A DNA stretch of 64,000 bases from Octopus bimaculoides (taxonomy: Eukaryota): assembly GCF_001194135.2 (NCBI RefSeq), contig NC_068985.1:39032812-39096811 (forward strand). Direction: 5' to 3'. Position numbers and translations under genes: made by a program. Positions 39,254 to 51,691 of this stretch are shown piece by piece. The notes under the pieces were generated by a model. The model did no database searches. It saw only the letters and a list, made by a program, of their open reading frames with translations, and was not told the DNA's origin. Positions within the stretch are counted from its first letter, which is position 1, and every line of letters starts with the position of its first letter.

Positions 39254-39452
39254 GCAGAAACGTTAGCACGCCGGGCGAAATGCTTAGTGGTATTTCGTCT
39301 GTCTTTACATTCTGAGTTCAAATTCTGCCTAGGTCGACTTTGCCTTTCAACGTTTCGGGGTCGATAAATTAAATACTAGTTGCATACTGGGGTCGATCTA
39401 ATCGGCTGTTCCCTCCCCAAAGAATTCGGGTCTTGTGCTTAGAGTAGAAAAG
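39254..39452 (+). mobile_element. SINE family A, tail A2, lacking the first ~12 nt
   Basis: GCAGAAACGTTAGCACGCCGGGCG...CCCTCCCCAAAGAATTCGGGTCTTGTGCTTAGAGTAGAAAAG. Confidence 0.9.
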
Positions 39453-39894
39453 TTAGCAAGATAAAGAACACGGTATCAATCGAAAAGACAATAACTGAAT
39501 GAAACAAAAAGGGAAAGAGAAGTGAATATACCGCGTTAAACACAAGTACGGGAACAACTTATTCGAGAGAAGTGAGAAAACTTTCGGCTCAAAATACTGT
39601 GCAACATAAACCAGCTCGTGATCAGCTTACATATGGTTTCGAGAATGTATGCTGACGTAAAATTCTGGTCAGCGTAGTCCAGGAAATCATAAATTTTCTC
39701 CAGAACATAAACAGATTTTGAACCGAAACGCTGAGCAGTATTGTCGAACACAACAGTTATTTTCCAATGACAAAGATAGCAACTGACAGCTAAGAACAGA
39801 ATTGATGGTCAAAACAGACAGACGGAGATGTTGAATGTCATACGCGCAATGCTGGTAGTAGCTGTCAAAACAGCTTGTTATAGTAGTGTTGTGT

Positions 39895-40190
39895 GAAGGC
39901 GCGTAGCTAAGTAGTTAAAGCATTCGATTCACGATCGAAAGATCGTGAGTTCAACTCTCGGAGATCTGTTGTGTCCTTGAGCATGACACTTTATTTCACG
40001 TTGCTGCAGTCCACTCAACTGGCAAAAATGAGCAGTAGCTGTATTTCAAAGCGCCAGTCTTGTCACACTCTTCACACTCTGTATCACGCTGAATCACCCT
40101 GAGAACTACGTTAAGGGTACACATATCTATGGAGTTCTCAGCCACTTACACGTTAATTTCGTGAGAAGACTGTTCCGTTGATCGGACGCC
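39895..40190 (+). mobile_element. SINE family C, near full length
   Basis: GAAGGCGCGTAGCTAAGTAGTTA head, GAGTTCAACTC, TTGTGTCCTTGAGCATGACACTTTATTTCACGTTGC, CACGCTGAATCACCCTGAGAACTACGTTAAGGG; matches the reverse complement of 60238-60557. Confidence 0.88.
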
Positions 40191-40383
40191 ATTATTTTAA
40201 TGTGCTAATTTTCAACGGAGAAACATTGGCTGCATTCAAGAAGTGCTAGAATTGCTTCAACTAGATGAAGTTTTCAAAACTGATTCACCAGAAGGAAAAT
40301 ATTTCGAAGGTTCAACAGTACTAAGAACATGTGCTGCATGAAAGGAAGCGATGCTAAAGTTGCTAGTTGCCTTTTCATTACAG

Positions 40384-40483
40384 AATTCATGAAATTAAAG
40401 GTAGATCTTTTAGAGCACCAAGAAATGTTGTAAATGATGAGCCATCTTCTCTGCATAAATACTTTCATAATTCTGATGAACAA
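40384..40483 (+). CDS. Candidate exon IHEIKGRSFRAPRNVVNDEPSSLHKYFHNSDEQ, phase 2 to 0
   Basis: Acceptor TTGCCTTTTCATTACAG; frame open to TAG at 40502; donor GTTTCT is weak. Confidence 0.2.
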
Positions 40484-40913
40484 GTTTCTCACGATATCAG
40501 ATAGGTGGCTTTAGATTAATATATGTAACTATTGTTGGAATATCAGTGAAATATATGAATATCGGCGAGAAAAGCAATAAACAGTTATTTCGAACGAGAA
40601 TACCTTAGGATATATGTTCCGCCAGTTTTCAGACAATCTTTTGTTACTTTCGTAATTGTAAATGCATTGAATCACTAACTGCCTTCTGGGATCCCATAAC
40701 CAATAACATTAGTTTTCATGGCTGGTTGCTGACAAATTATTCTGCTTTGTAAGAGTAATTTACTCAGTATTTCTGCTACATTCGAAAAAATATCGTCTAA
40801 TTTGTATCGTTCAATACACATTTCGACCCTCATAAAAACAAAATTTTGGTTTCTTTATAATTATACACGTAATTATTTTTCATAATTATGTGATATAAAA
40901 TAATAATAATATC

Positions 40914-41127
40914 ATGGGTTTCAAATTCTAGCACAATACCAGCAAGTTCGGGGAAGTGGGTAAGTCAATTACATTGATCCTAGTGCTCAACTCGTATTTA
41001 GTTTATCAACCTCAAAAGGTTCAAAGTAAAGAGTCGACCACCTGCGGAATTTGAACTCAAAACGTATAGACGGACGAATTGCCGCTAAGCATTTTGCGTG
41101 GAGTCGTAACGATTCTGCCAGCTCACC
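40914..41127 (-). mobile_element. SINE family A, diverged, A3-type tail
   Basis: GGAATTTGAACTCAAAACGTATAGACGGACGAATTGCCGCTAAGCATTT..GATTCTGCCAGCTCACC. Confidence 0.8.
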
Positions 41128-43415
41128 AATAATTGCTTGTATATGAAAAATAGTACTGTTTCAACCATGATCTGACTTAGTCTCAATCAGTCATATTATA
41201 GACTTATAATGAAACGAGTTTCAACCGTTTCGAACGTTTTCTTTTCTTTTTTCGCCAAGTATATCAGGGACAAAATATCCCAAGTGTCTTCTTTTGTTAA
41301 TTAAAAAAATATTTTCATTTGGCTGCTATTTCTATTTTGTCAGCTCACCTGAAACATCAACGCACTGTCGGTAGTAGGGATTACCTAAAGTTCATTTGCA
41401 CTAAACTGCCAGTACTAATTATAAGCTCGCCTATAAATGCACACTTACGAAGGTCGATCTTATACCAGTAAACCTTTGGTAATAATCTTTGCAGTTCTTG
41501 CCATACTATCTTTTCTTTTCTCCAAGATTCATTACACAATGTGTCCTCCCATTGTTAATATAATAGCATATGACTTGAGTAAAAGTTCGCTGCTAAGCAG
41601 GATGTATGCACACGTGGAGGCTCCTTCGTTGTACTACGGTGGAAATTGAAATCAAAACCGAAAGGATGAAATGCTGTTTGTGTGTTAGTTACCATTAAAT
41701 TTTCTATCACTCTCTCACCTCCTTATATATTAATGAATGATAAAGGAGCTGAATGCTTGATTTACAGGAAATAGCAGCCAAACATATCTCAAATAATATA
41801 TTCCATGTTTTTATAAAAGAAAAAGTAAGAGAGAATAATATACACTGAATGAACGAAGTTATGGCTTTGGTCATCAGCCTCCCACATGTGATCTGTCGTG
41901 GTACTAAACAAAACCAACACTAATAACACAGGCAAGGAATCTCAATATCGTTACACCACTGCTAGAAACGGTAGCCAAATATGTCACAGGATTACATTGA
42001 CAGTCACCTGAAATTTGAATGGGTACCTTTGATAATGCAAATTTAGAAAACTGGTTTAAAATACATGTTATTCATAACTATAATGTCATTGATCATAGTC
42101 TACTCAGTAATGGTTAGCCTGCGGCTAAATAATAGCAACACTATATCTTGTAAATAAAAGTGTCTGCCGTTAATAATATCAGTATTTGATATCGGTTGTG
42201 ACTAAAGAAACCTATATAAATTTTACACAACATAATTCTGAAACTAAGTTTAATGATGCATGAATGTATCCTATCACGTTTTTTAACATGGTTCGCCGAA
42301 TTGAACAAATTAAGATTGCATCTACAAGTTCGTTGATGGATTTTAAAATAAGACTGTTACTGGTAAGGTTTCGCCTAAATACAACATAATGCATCATTAA
42401 TAGAATATTTTTTGTTATTTTAAGTAAAATGTGCTTTCTACTCCACATATCTTTATGTGTCTTTCTCTCTTTCTCATTTTTTCTCTTCACATCTCTGTCT
42501 TTCACTCTCGCTTATTCAATATATATGTATACACAGAAGCGCCTGGTCTCGCTCCAGTGCCTAAAGTTGGCACTTCATTCGTTAGGGATAAAAGAGAACC
42601 AGTCAAGTTGTAAACCCATGCCTAAAGGTTAAAGGTTGACATTAATTTTTCTTCTTGCAAAGGGCTTATGATTCTTGTATCAACTCAGAACATTTAAAAA
42701 GAAAATCAGTTTTGTGGGGAGTACGCGCGTATATGTGTATGCCTGTGTGTATGAGCCTGTGCGTGTATGTAAATGTATGTATGTTCTAAGTTCTTTAAGC
42801 CACACGTTTCCATCTACATGCCCCTTCCCTCATTTAGAGCAAAGCGGGAAATTATGTTGCTATATAGAAAACTACTAACGAAAAATTTGTTGCCTTGCGC
42901 TGAAGCTTTTCATACTGGATTTAATTCAAGATAAGTATGGAAGCACCAAAAGTCAAATTAATGGAATATGCATTTATTTAGTTTATTATCTTTTTGCTGG
43001 TTCCTGCAGAGTAGAATATTAATTGTATTCACTGCGTGCAGGAGTCTAACAACAGCAAACAACATTTAAAATAACTATCACTGAAGAGGCAAAATTAAGT
43101 CGAATGACTATGACCTAAATTGCCCTGATGATGCATAAAGCTTGCGTTTTTACGCTCCAAGACTACAGGGGGGGAATTTTGTATCTAGATTGCGAAAGTT
43201 GCGAATGTTATTGAAGTTCTATACAACGGGAGCGCCGTAAAACTAAATGCACATATTATTATTATAGTCTACGCTACTTCGTTAACTTATAGTAACTTTG
43301 TATGAGAATATCTGTGAGTGTACTTGAGCGTAGTGTGCCTATATACGTCCGGATGGATGTGAGGAATTGTTGAGATGTTTGGTGAGACAAGCAGGTGAAA
43401 CAGAAGTCAACAGCA

Positions 43416-43471
43416 TTTGTCCTTGTTTGTCCCCTCTATGTTTAGCCCCTTGTGGGCAATAAAGAAATAAG
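43416..43471 (+). mobile_element. Isolated A1 tail (extreme 5' truncation)
   Basis: TTTGTCCTTGTTTGTCCCCTCTATGTTTAGCCCCTTGTGGGCAATAAAGAAATAAG, with no SINE body upstream. Confidence 0.85.
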
Positions 43472-43749
43472 AAGTCAAAAGTATATGGGTATAAATACAT
43501 TTTCATTGGTTGCAAACTTGGGTAACTGACTAACGGGCTAAGAGTTTGGGGCATAGAAATTACCAAACATAAATTAGAATATTTCATTAAATCCTCACCT
43601 CCCTTGAGCCACATAGAACTTATACAGTCGATTAAAATGTATGTGTTTGTGTGTGTATGTGTGTGTAGTCGTAGATGTGAACGATATTTGTATGAGTGAA
43701 ATGTTATGGACAGAACAATTTCAGGATATATATATATATGTATATATGT

Positions 43750-43780
43750 TTAGACAGACAGACAGATAGACAGATAGCTT

Positions 43781-43839
<59 letters not shown>

Positions 43840-44013
43840 GTGGGTGTTAGTTCCCCTGTACCATGCACTCGCCCTAAATACAATCAATATTTTACCTTTA
43901 TGTATTCTCTTTGAACACTGTGCTTAAGAAAACACGCCGCAAGCCTTATATATGCATAACAGATCAAAGGTATACATCGCAATGCAGACGGGATAACTAA
44001 TATTCATACGTGG

Positions 44014-44101
<88 letters not shown>

Positions 44102-44102
44102 C
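43750..44102. repeat. Two (AGAC)n-(AGAT)n microsatellites (43750-43838, 44014-44102)
   Basis: Direct reading. Confidence 0.9.
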
Positions 44103-44857
44103 ACACACACAGATAAATAGATAGATGTGATGTGAGTATGTGTGCATATGTGTGTTTCTATGTATATGTGTATACGGCTGTGCGTGAATGTATGTCAGCT
44201 TATACATTTGTGTATATCTCATCAAGTATATGTAAATGTTACGTAAGTTGCAATAAATCAAACACCCATGCGGCCACATCGTTGTGAGTGGTCCTCGGTC
44301 TGAATGTCTGTGTGTTGGGGAATTTGTGTTAGCATATGTATGCGACTATATTTGAGATGGCGACAGGCTCTTTCAATAATCTGTTTTATATAGCATAATC
44401 TATTTAGTTAAATATCAGTAACGTATCTGACGGTAATCTACGTCTGCAATTATTTCTATGGAATCTCTTCCTCAGTTTAAGATATATATATATATATATA
44501 TATATATACGTGCACACACATACACACATACGTATATATATATATATGTATATATNNNNNNNNNNNNNNNNNNNNNNNNNNNNNNNNNNNNNNNNNNNNN
44601 NNNNNNNNNNNNNNNNNNNNNNNNNNNNNNNNNNNNNNNNNNNNNNNNNNNNNNNNNNNNNNNNNNNNNNNNNNNNNNNNNNNNNNNNNNNNNNNNNNNN
44701 NNNNNNNNNNNNNNNNNNNNNNNNNNNNNNNNNNNNNNNNNNNNNNNNNNNNNNNNNNNNNNNNNNNNNNNNNNNNNNNNNNNNNNNNNNNNNNNNNNNN
44801 NNNNNNNNNNNNNNNNNNNNNNNNNNNNNNNNNNNNNNNNNNNNNNNNNNNNNNNNN

Positions 44858-45082
44858 ATGATAGATCGCTAGCCACTACACATTCTTTTTTTCTCTCCTT
44901 CTTTTCTCTCCTTGTTTCTCTCTTTGTTTCTTTCCATGTTCCTTTCTCTGGAACAGCGTAGGCTCGAAACGTTAAAGACTTTTTCACTTCCCGAGCGTTA
45001 TACTAATACATCTGTTTGTTTTCTACACCACCTGTCTTCGTCTTTTGTTTTTTTGTTTTTTGTGTTTTGTGAATTCTCCCTA
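44858..45082 (+). mobile_element. Penelope-like element terminus (short repeat family D)
   Basis: Pyrimidine tract, then CTCTGGAACAGCGTAGGCTCGAAACGT, TTCCCGAGCGT..TAATAC..TGTCTTCGTCTTT, ending in (TA)n; second copy at 51555-51691. CTGNNGA(A)-stem-GAAAC is typical of Penelope-like pLTR ends. Confidence 0.55.
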
Positions 45083-45102
45083 TATATATATTTATTTATA
45101 TA

Positions 45103-45473
45103 GGCGCAGGCGTCGCTGTATGGCAAGTAGCTTGCTTACCAATCACATGGTTCCGGGTTCAAACTCACTGCGTGGCACCTCAGGCAGGTGTTTTCTGCTA
45201 TAGCTTCCGACTGACCAAAATCTTGTTAGTGGACTGGAAGAATAGACGAAAATTGAAAGAAGCCTGTCGCATATATATGTATATGTATGTGCGTGCGTGT
45301 GTGTGTGTGTGTTTGTGTGTGTGTTTGTACTCTCAGCATCGCTTGACAAAAGAGAACGATAGAATAAGTACTAGGCTTCCAAAGAATAAGTCCTGCGGTC
45401 GAGTTGTTCGACTAACGGCGGTGTTCCAGCATGGCCGCAGTCAAATTACAGAAACAAATAAAAGAATAAAAGA
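45103..45473 (+). mobile_element. SINE family B, full length
   Basis: GGCGCAGG head, GGTTCCGGGTTCAAA, CORE-like GCACCTCAGGCAGGTG, internal (TA)/(GT), body, and tail CCAGCATGGCCGCAGTCAAATTACAGAAACAAATAAAAGAATAAAAG. Confidence 0.92.
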
Positions 45474-46037
45474 ACTAAAGAAGATATATATACATAATAT
45501 AAATAATATCTATGTATCTATCTACCTATCTATCTATCTACCTATCTATCTATCTATCTATCNNNNNNNNNNNNNNNNNNNNNNNNNNNNNNNNNNNNNN
45601 NNNNNNNNNNNNNNNNNNNNNNNNNNNNNNNNNNNNNNNNNNNNNNNNNNNNNNNNNNNNNNCATAATCAGTAAGCAGGATTCTACCACATATGTCTATT
45701 ACGTTTGCACATTTTTCTGTGTATTTACATACACACACAGATATATATATATATATATATATATATGTATACATACGGTCTACATAAATGGATTGATATT
45801 CGTATACTCATATTTATAAACTCATATGTATGAACTCAAATGTATGAACGCATACATTTGCCTTCATACATTTGTAGTGTGTGCTTTTGTTTCTGTACCT
45901 AAAAGGATCCATATTATTTTCGTTGTTTTGACTTTTTCATTATAGCAACTGACATATGCTTTTGGCATCCATATTTCCTATTTTAGACTTTCATTTCCAT
46001 TTCAATATGCATTTATCTACAACGTCTCTAAGTGTAT

Positions 46038-46083
<46 letters not shown>

Positions 46084-46521
46084 NNNNNNNNNNNNNNNNN
46101 NNNNNNNNNNNNNNNNNNNNNNNNNNNNNNNNNNNNNNNNNNNNNNNNNNNNNNNNNNNNNNNNNNNNNNNNNNNNNNNNNNNNNNNNNNNNNNNNNNNN
46201 NNNNNNNNNNNNNNNNNNNNNNNNNNNNNNNNNNNNNNNNNNNNNNNNNNNNNNNNNNNNNNNNNNNNNNNNNNNNNNNNNNNNNNNNNNNNNNNNNNNN
46301 NNNNNNNNNNNNNNNNNNNNNNNNNNNNNNNNNNNNNNNNNNNNNNNNNNNNNNNNNNNNNNNNNNNNNNNNNNNNNNNNNNNNNNNNNNNNNNNNNNNN
46401 NNNNNNNNNNNNNNNNNNNNNNNNNNNNNNNNNNNNNNNNNNNNNNNNNNNNNNNNNNNNNNNNNNNNNNNNNNNNNNNNNNNNNNNNNNNNNNNNNNNN
46501 NNNNNNNNNNNNNNNNNNNNN

Positions 46522-46603
<82 letters not shown>

Positions 46604-49015
46604 AATACATGTACGCACTACCACACGCATACACACGCGCACATTTTGTGTGTGTAGCATCCGTGTTTTTCCATTTATGTATTTCAATTTATGTTTACTA
46701 ATCTTCATCTTTCTTTCTGTATCTCTTTGGCTAGACACGCGTGCTAACACACATTGTTATATATTTATATATGTGGTGCACGAAACAACAAGGCAAGATT
46801 TTGTTTCTATAATATTTCAATTAATCTCTATCAATATCTTAGTTTCTTTCTCTGCGAACAACTACCATTTACGCTAAGGATAACCTCCTGTGGCCTGTCT
46901 GAAAGGGTTTACGTTCGAAGTTTAAAATTTTTTTATTTCTTTCATGTTAAGCAAAAACTAAATCAGAAATACTTTTATTCTTTACCTACCATAAAACTAC
47001 TAGAAATTTTCCTATGAAAATTTATGAATGAGTATAAGGAGATGAATTCCTGTGGAAATATTCCTGTAAATAAATTTATTTCTAATGCATTCCTTTAGTT
47101 CTTGTGTAGTCTCTTCTTTAGCCGCTTCTATATAACCTGTTTCAGTAGCAAGAAAATATTATCGATACGCAACCGAGTCTCAATGACATACCTGAACTTG
47201 ATAGAATTAGCAGTTAAGTAACCGTAAAATCAGCTCTTAACGCATGCGAAACAAAAACAGGGACACAGTGAATAATGTAATCTGACATTTAACATTCATG
47301 AAAACGAAATAATGTGCAAATGATTAGTCAGCATTTAAGCGCGTATCTGACCATTCAAAGACAATAACAGCGTAACAGCCTTGGAATATGTTCTCTTTTC
47401 ATTATACCAACAACTAAAACCCATACTGATGTTAGACTTTATAATCTCTGGGTAAATAACCCACTGTTGTTATGAATGTAATTTATTCCTGGAGCAACTA
47501 TTATCAAGCAGACCTTCAATTAAATGTATTCCATTCTGGCTATTATATAATTTTATAAGTATGTTGGTGTACATATTTACATGTAGCCTGTGTTCTAATA
47601 AAACTATAGAACTTGATTTATCGTCAAATGTATAAAATGTATATAACATTAAGAAATTTGCATTCGAAAGGTTAAGATTCATCTTGGCGTTCAGAAAATA
47701 ATTCAGTTTCATTGTGTTACCATCAACCTCGAAAGTTGGTTGCTTCAGACGCAAGTATCATTGATGTTATCCGCAACTTTGTTTTGTTTTCTTTTGGGGA
47801 ATGAAGAAAAAACAACTGAAGGTAAACCATTATGAAGTCACTTCAAGATACATTGGTCGTTAAATGTGTAAAACATATCTGAGATGTACAAAAATGTTTA
47901 CTGTACAGAAACATATTCAAGTTTGGATCCCAACTAATTTTGCCCCGAATTTTTATTTTTATTTTACAAATTTAACAAAAGAAATTATACCAAAACAGCC
48001 ATTTCTTCCGCTTTAATATCGCAATATATTGACTTTGTTCTCTTGGTGTGTGCATTCTGTAATTTATTTGCTTTCATGAATAGATTAACTCTTGGATATA
48101 TAACCATACTAATGCAAAATTCAAATCCAGAATTTTACGTTTACTGAATAGTTTTAAGTATCTGTCAGACACCAATATACTGCGACACAACTTACAATGA
48201 TGTCCCACCTCCTTGTCTCTTCTTCAACTGATACAATTTAATTTTTCTACTACTCTAGCAAGCATACTATTTAGTATCTCTATTTTAAGAAATCTCATCT
48301 TTCCCTGACCTTGTACCTCACGTATCTAAAACTTCCCACGTTTGAGACTAAATATGTTGCCCTCTCGATGATAGTATAGTTATGTTCATGTATCTGAGAC
48401 AACTCACATGCAAGAGCACATTCAGGCACGTTCTTATACACTATGGATATAAGTAAAACATTTTATGAAGTTGCTCAACAGCAAATATAGCTGAAAATAT
48501 TAGCTCATAAAATATTGGATAAAACACATTACCTTCGAAAAAAATAATCCGAGTGATCCAACTCCATGCAGCTAATTGCAGCGCTACTATTATACCAGTG
48601 AAATATGCCGGCTTCTCTAATGCAATCAGAAGTAATAAACATTAACGTGACGAATGGATATTGCTTTTGTTTCCTATCATATTTTTGAAGTTTTGGGAAG
48701 TAGGCAAAATTGGACTACTGCTATGAATCTCATAACATATAAGGTAAAAGAAACAAAAAAACCGAGACAGGAACAATTTCTATAAAAATTAATACTATAG
48801 AGAATGGATTGAGAAAAGGAAGCATATAAATTTTATTTGTGTGAAATTGTTCCGTTGTGCATTTTAGAGTTGTTGATGTTAATTTTAATTAGAGTAGTTA
48901 TCATTTGTATCAATCTGAATGTGCTTCGCAGGTTTTGAAATATGAGTATGTTCGGCCGATTTTTTTTTATATCAGTGTTGAAAATNNNNNNNNNNTATAT
49001 CAGTGTTGAAAATTC

Positions 49016-49059
<44 letters not shown>

Positions 49060-50669
49060 TGCAACAGACTCAGGTCTACAGTTTTACATCCAGGACAGAA
49101 TTAAAATTAACTTTAGTCAAGAAGTTAATTTTCATTTACAAACTAGTCACGAAGCTCTCTGTGGTCCATCTGTCAACGCCAGTGTAAAACCTCATTCTTC
49201 CAAATTGTGTCCAATTCTTACAACCTTCTCTACCCAGCATATCTATTGTGTTTCTTTCTTCGGTCACTCTACCAGACATTCGTCACTACCTGGATTCTTA
49301 TCACAGAAAAGAAAAACATAATACAAAAATATAACATACAGCATATTCGTTTGTTTTGATGATGAATGATTTTTTGTTGGTTGGATATAATAGATTATTT
49401 GAGAGGCCTCACGAAATCTAAGTGTTTTTCAAGCTTTTGCCTGTTACATTAATGCTGTAAGGGCGTTTAAGTATCTTTAACTGGAAGTCGAACCAGATCA
49501 TGATCTCACCGAGTCGTTCCGAGTTATTTACCACTAACACTCCGCTACTTCCGACCCTGTTTCATTCAACCATCCTTTTAAATCAATTTTCTGTGAACTC
49601 TTTGATCTATTCATTAGTAATGGCACGCTTGTTTTGTTAAAAACAAAATCAAACTACAAGAACGAGGGGGCAATACGTCTTGTTATAATAGCAACACATT
49701 GCATTTATAATCATTATAAAGGAAACTTTGAAATGCCACAACTCCTGCAAGCTACATAATTGCCACAAAAATCTGAGAAATTATATATTTTATTTTAACT
49801 ATTTATTCGTTATTATTTATTTTATATTTATTTATGTGTTTGTTATGTATTTCTGCAGCTGATTATAAATCAAAGTAATGAGCAGAAAATAACTTACTAT
49901 TTAATAAAAAGACAAACACGAAATGAAAACCAATTATACACAGATCTTAATCGAAGGAACTGATGTATGTACGTTCATATATATATANNNNNNNNNNNNN
50001 NNNNNNNNNNNNNNNNNNNNNNNNNNNNNNNNNNNNNNNNNNNNNNNNNNNNNNNNNNNNNNNNNNNNNNNNNNNNNNNNNNNNNNNNNNNNNNNNNNNN
50101 NNNNNNNNNNNNNNNNNNNNNNNNNNNNNNNNNNNNNNNNNNNNNNNNNNNNNNNNNNNNNNNNNNNNNNNNNNNNNNNNNNNNNNNNNNNNNNNNNNNN
50201 NNNNNNNNNNNNNNNNNNNNNNNNNNNNNNNNNNNNNNNNNNNNNNNNNNNNNNNNNNNNNNNNNNNNNNNNNNNNNNNNNNNNNNNNNNNNNNNNNNNN
50301 NNNNNNNNNNNNNNNNNNNNNNNNNNNNNNNNNNNNNNNNNNNNNNNNNNNNNNNNNNNNNNNNNNNNNNNNNNNNNNNNNNNNNNNNNNNNNNNNNNNN
50401 NNNNNNNNNNNNNNNNNNNNNNNNNNNNNNNNNNNNNNNNNNNNNNNNNNNNNNNNNNNNNNNNNNNNNNNNNNNNNNNNNNNNNNNNNNNNNNNNNNNN
50501 NNNNNNNNNNNNNNNNNNNNNNNNNNNNNNNNNNNNNNNNNNNNNNNNNNNNNNNNNNNNNNNNNNNNNNNNNNTGAATATTATATCAAGTTAAATAACA
50601 AAGCTTTGCTTAAACCTTAATTTAAAAATAAGTTGAAGTTATTTACTAAAAGTACATTTTGATTTTAAC

Positions 50670-50854
50670 AAACGTTCGCACGGCGGGGAAAACATGCTTC
50701 GCGGCATTTCGTCCGTCTCTGCGTTCTGAGTTCGAAAAGCGCCGGAGATGGCTTTGCCTTTCATCCCTTCGGGGTCAATAAAAGAAGAACCAGCAGAGCA
50801 CTGGTATCTATGTAATTGACTAAACTCACCCCGGCCTTGTGCCAAAATTTGAAA
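50670..50854 (+). mobile_element. SINE family A, diverged, A3-type tail
   Basis: AAACGTTCGCACGGCGG..GCGTTCTGAGTTCGAA..GCCTTTCATCCCTTCGGGGTCAATAAAA..GGCCTTGTGCCAAAATTTGAAA. Confidence 0.8.
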
Positions 50855-50871
50855 TGAATATGTATCTGTAA

Positions 50872-51077
50872 GGCGGTGAGCTGTCAGAATCGTTAGCACG
50901 CCAGGCAAACTGCTACGCGGGATTTCTCCGAATTTACGTTCTGAGTTTAAATACCACCGGGCTTGAATTCTTCTTTAATCCTTTCGGGGTCTATAAAATA
51001 TGTACTAGAGGAGCACTGAAGTCGATGTAATAGACCTAACATCCGCTATTGCTGGCCTTCTGCTAAAATTTTAAACC
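50872..51077 (+). mobile_element. SINE family A, diverged, tandem with the previous copy
   Basis: GGCGGTGAGCTGTCAGAATCGTTAGCACGCC..CGTTCTGAGTTTAAAT..ATCCTTTCGGGGTC..GGCCTTCTGCTAAAATTTTAAACC. Confidence 0.8.
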
Positions 51078-51554
51078 AATGTTATGTTTGTAATTTTGTG
51101 TATTATGTATGTATAACTGTATGCATGAGTTTGTGTTCTACATTCTCATCAATAATAATTCATCATCTCGCCATTGATGATAAATAGCGTGATAGGCGTC
51201 GAAGACAGTAAAATAATGAAACCTTGAATAAACAAAAACTTAAAACGCTACTGGAATTTCGTTTCAATACGCTTGTTAACCCATTATTTTAACCTAAATT
51301 CCTTATATCAACACCTCTCCTAATCTATTGTCTTGTTTATTCTAAGGAGATTGTATCCTGCAAATTTGTACTTCTCTGGTAAACGTTGCACGTAATTCCC
51401 TGGGGTTGTTTTGTGTTCGTGCTTTTGTCTTCTCTCCTGTGTGCTCTTTCAGTTGCCTTATTTCTGTTATAATTTTACTTAATATTCCCTTCCTACCCTT
51501 CCTCTACCCTGTCTTTTGTTCCTTTTTCCATTCTCTCTCCATTTTTCCTCTCAT

Positions 51555-51691
51555 TTATTTCTGTCGAAGAGCGTAGGCTCGAAATGTAAAATACTTCTCC
51601 ATTTTTCCCGAGCGTCAAAATAATACACCTGCTCGTTGTTCCCATAGTTGTCTTCGTCTTTAGCTGCTTTGTCTTTGTAAATTTGAACCAT
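51555..51691 (+). mobile_element. Penelope-like element terminus (family D), second copy
   Basis: TTTCTGTCGAAGAGCGTAGGCTCGAAATGT..TTCCCGAGCGTCAAAATAATAC..TGTCTTCGTCTTT..(TA)n. Confidence 0.55.

Noticed and set aside
42536-42613. AG-preceded frame EAPGLAPVPKVGTSFVRDKREPVKL*
   Set aside because: Poor pyrimidine tract, short, no homology; a terminal stop here would conflict with the downstream candidate exon.
48968-49013. 18-bp direct repeat TATATCAGTGTTGAAAAT around a 10-N gap
   Set aside because: Typical overlapping contig ends from scaffolding, not a biological TSD.
49470-49555. Minus-strand TAGTGGTAA..GGTTCGACTTCC resembling Pol III A and B boxes
   Set aside because: No cloverleaf and no SINE body; short motifs like this arise by chance.
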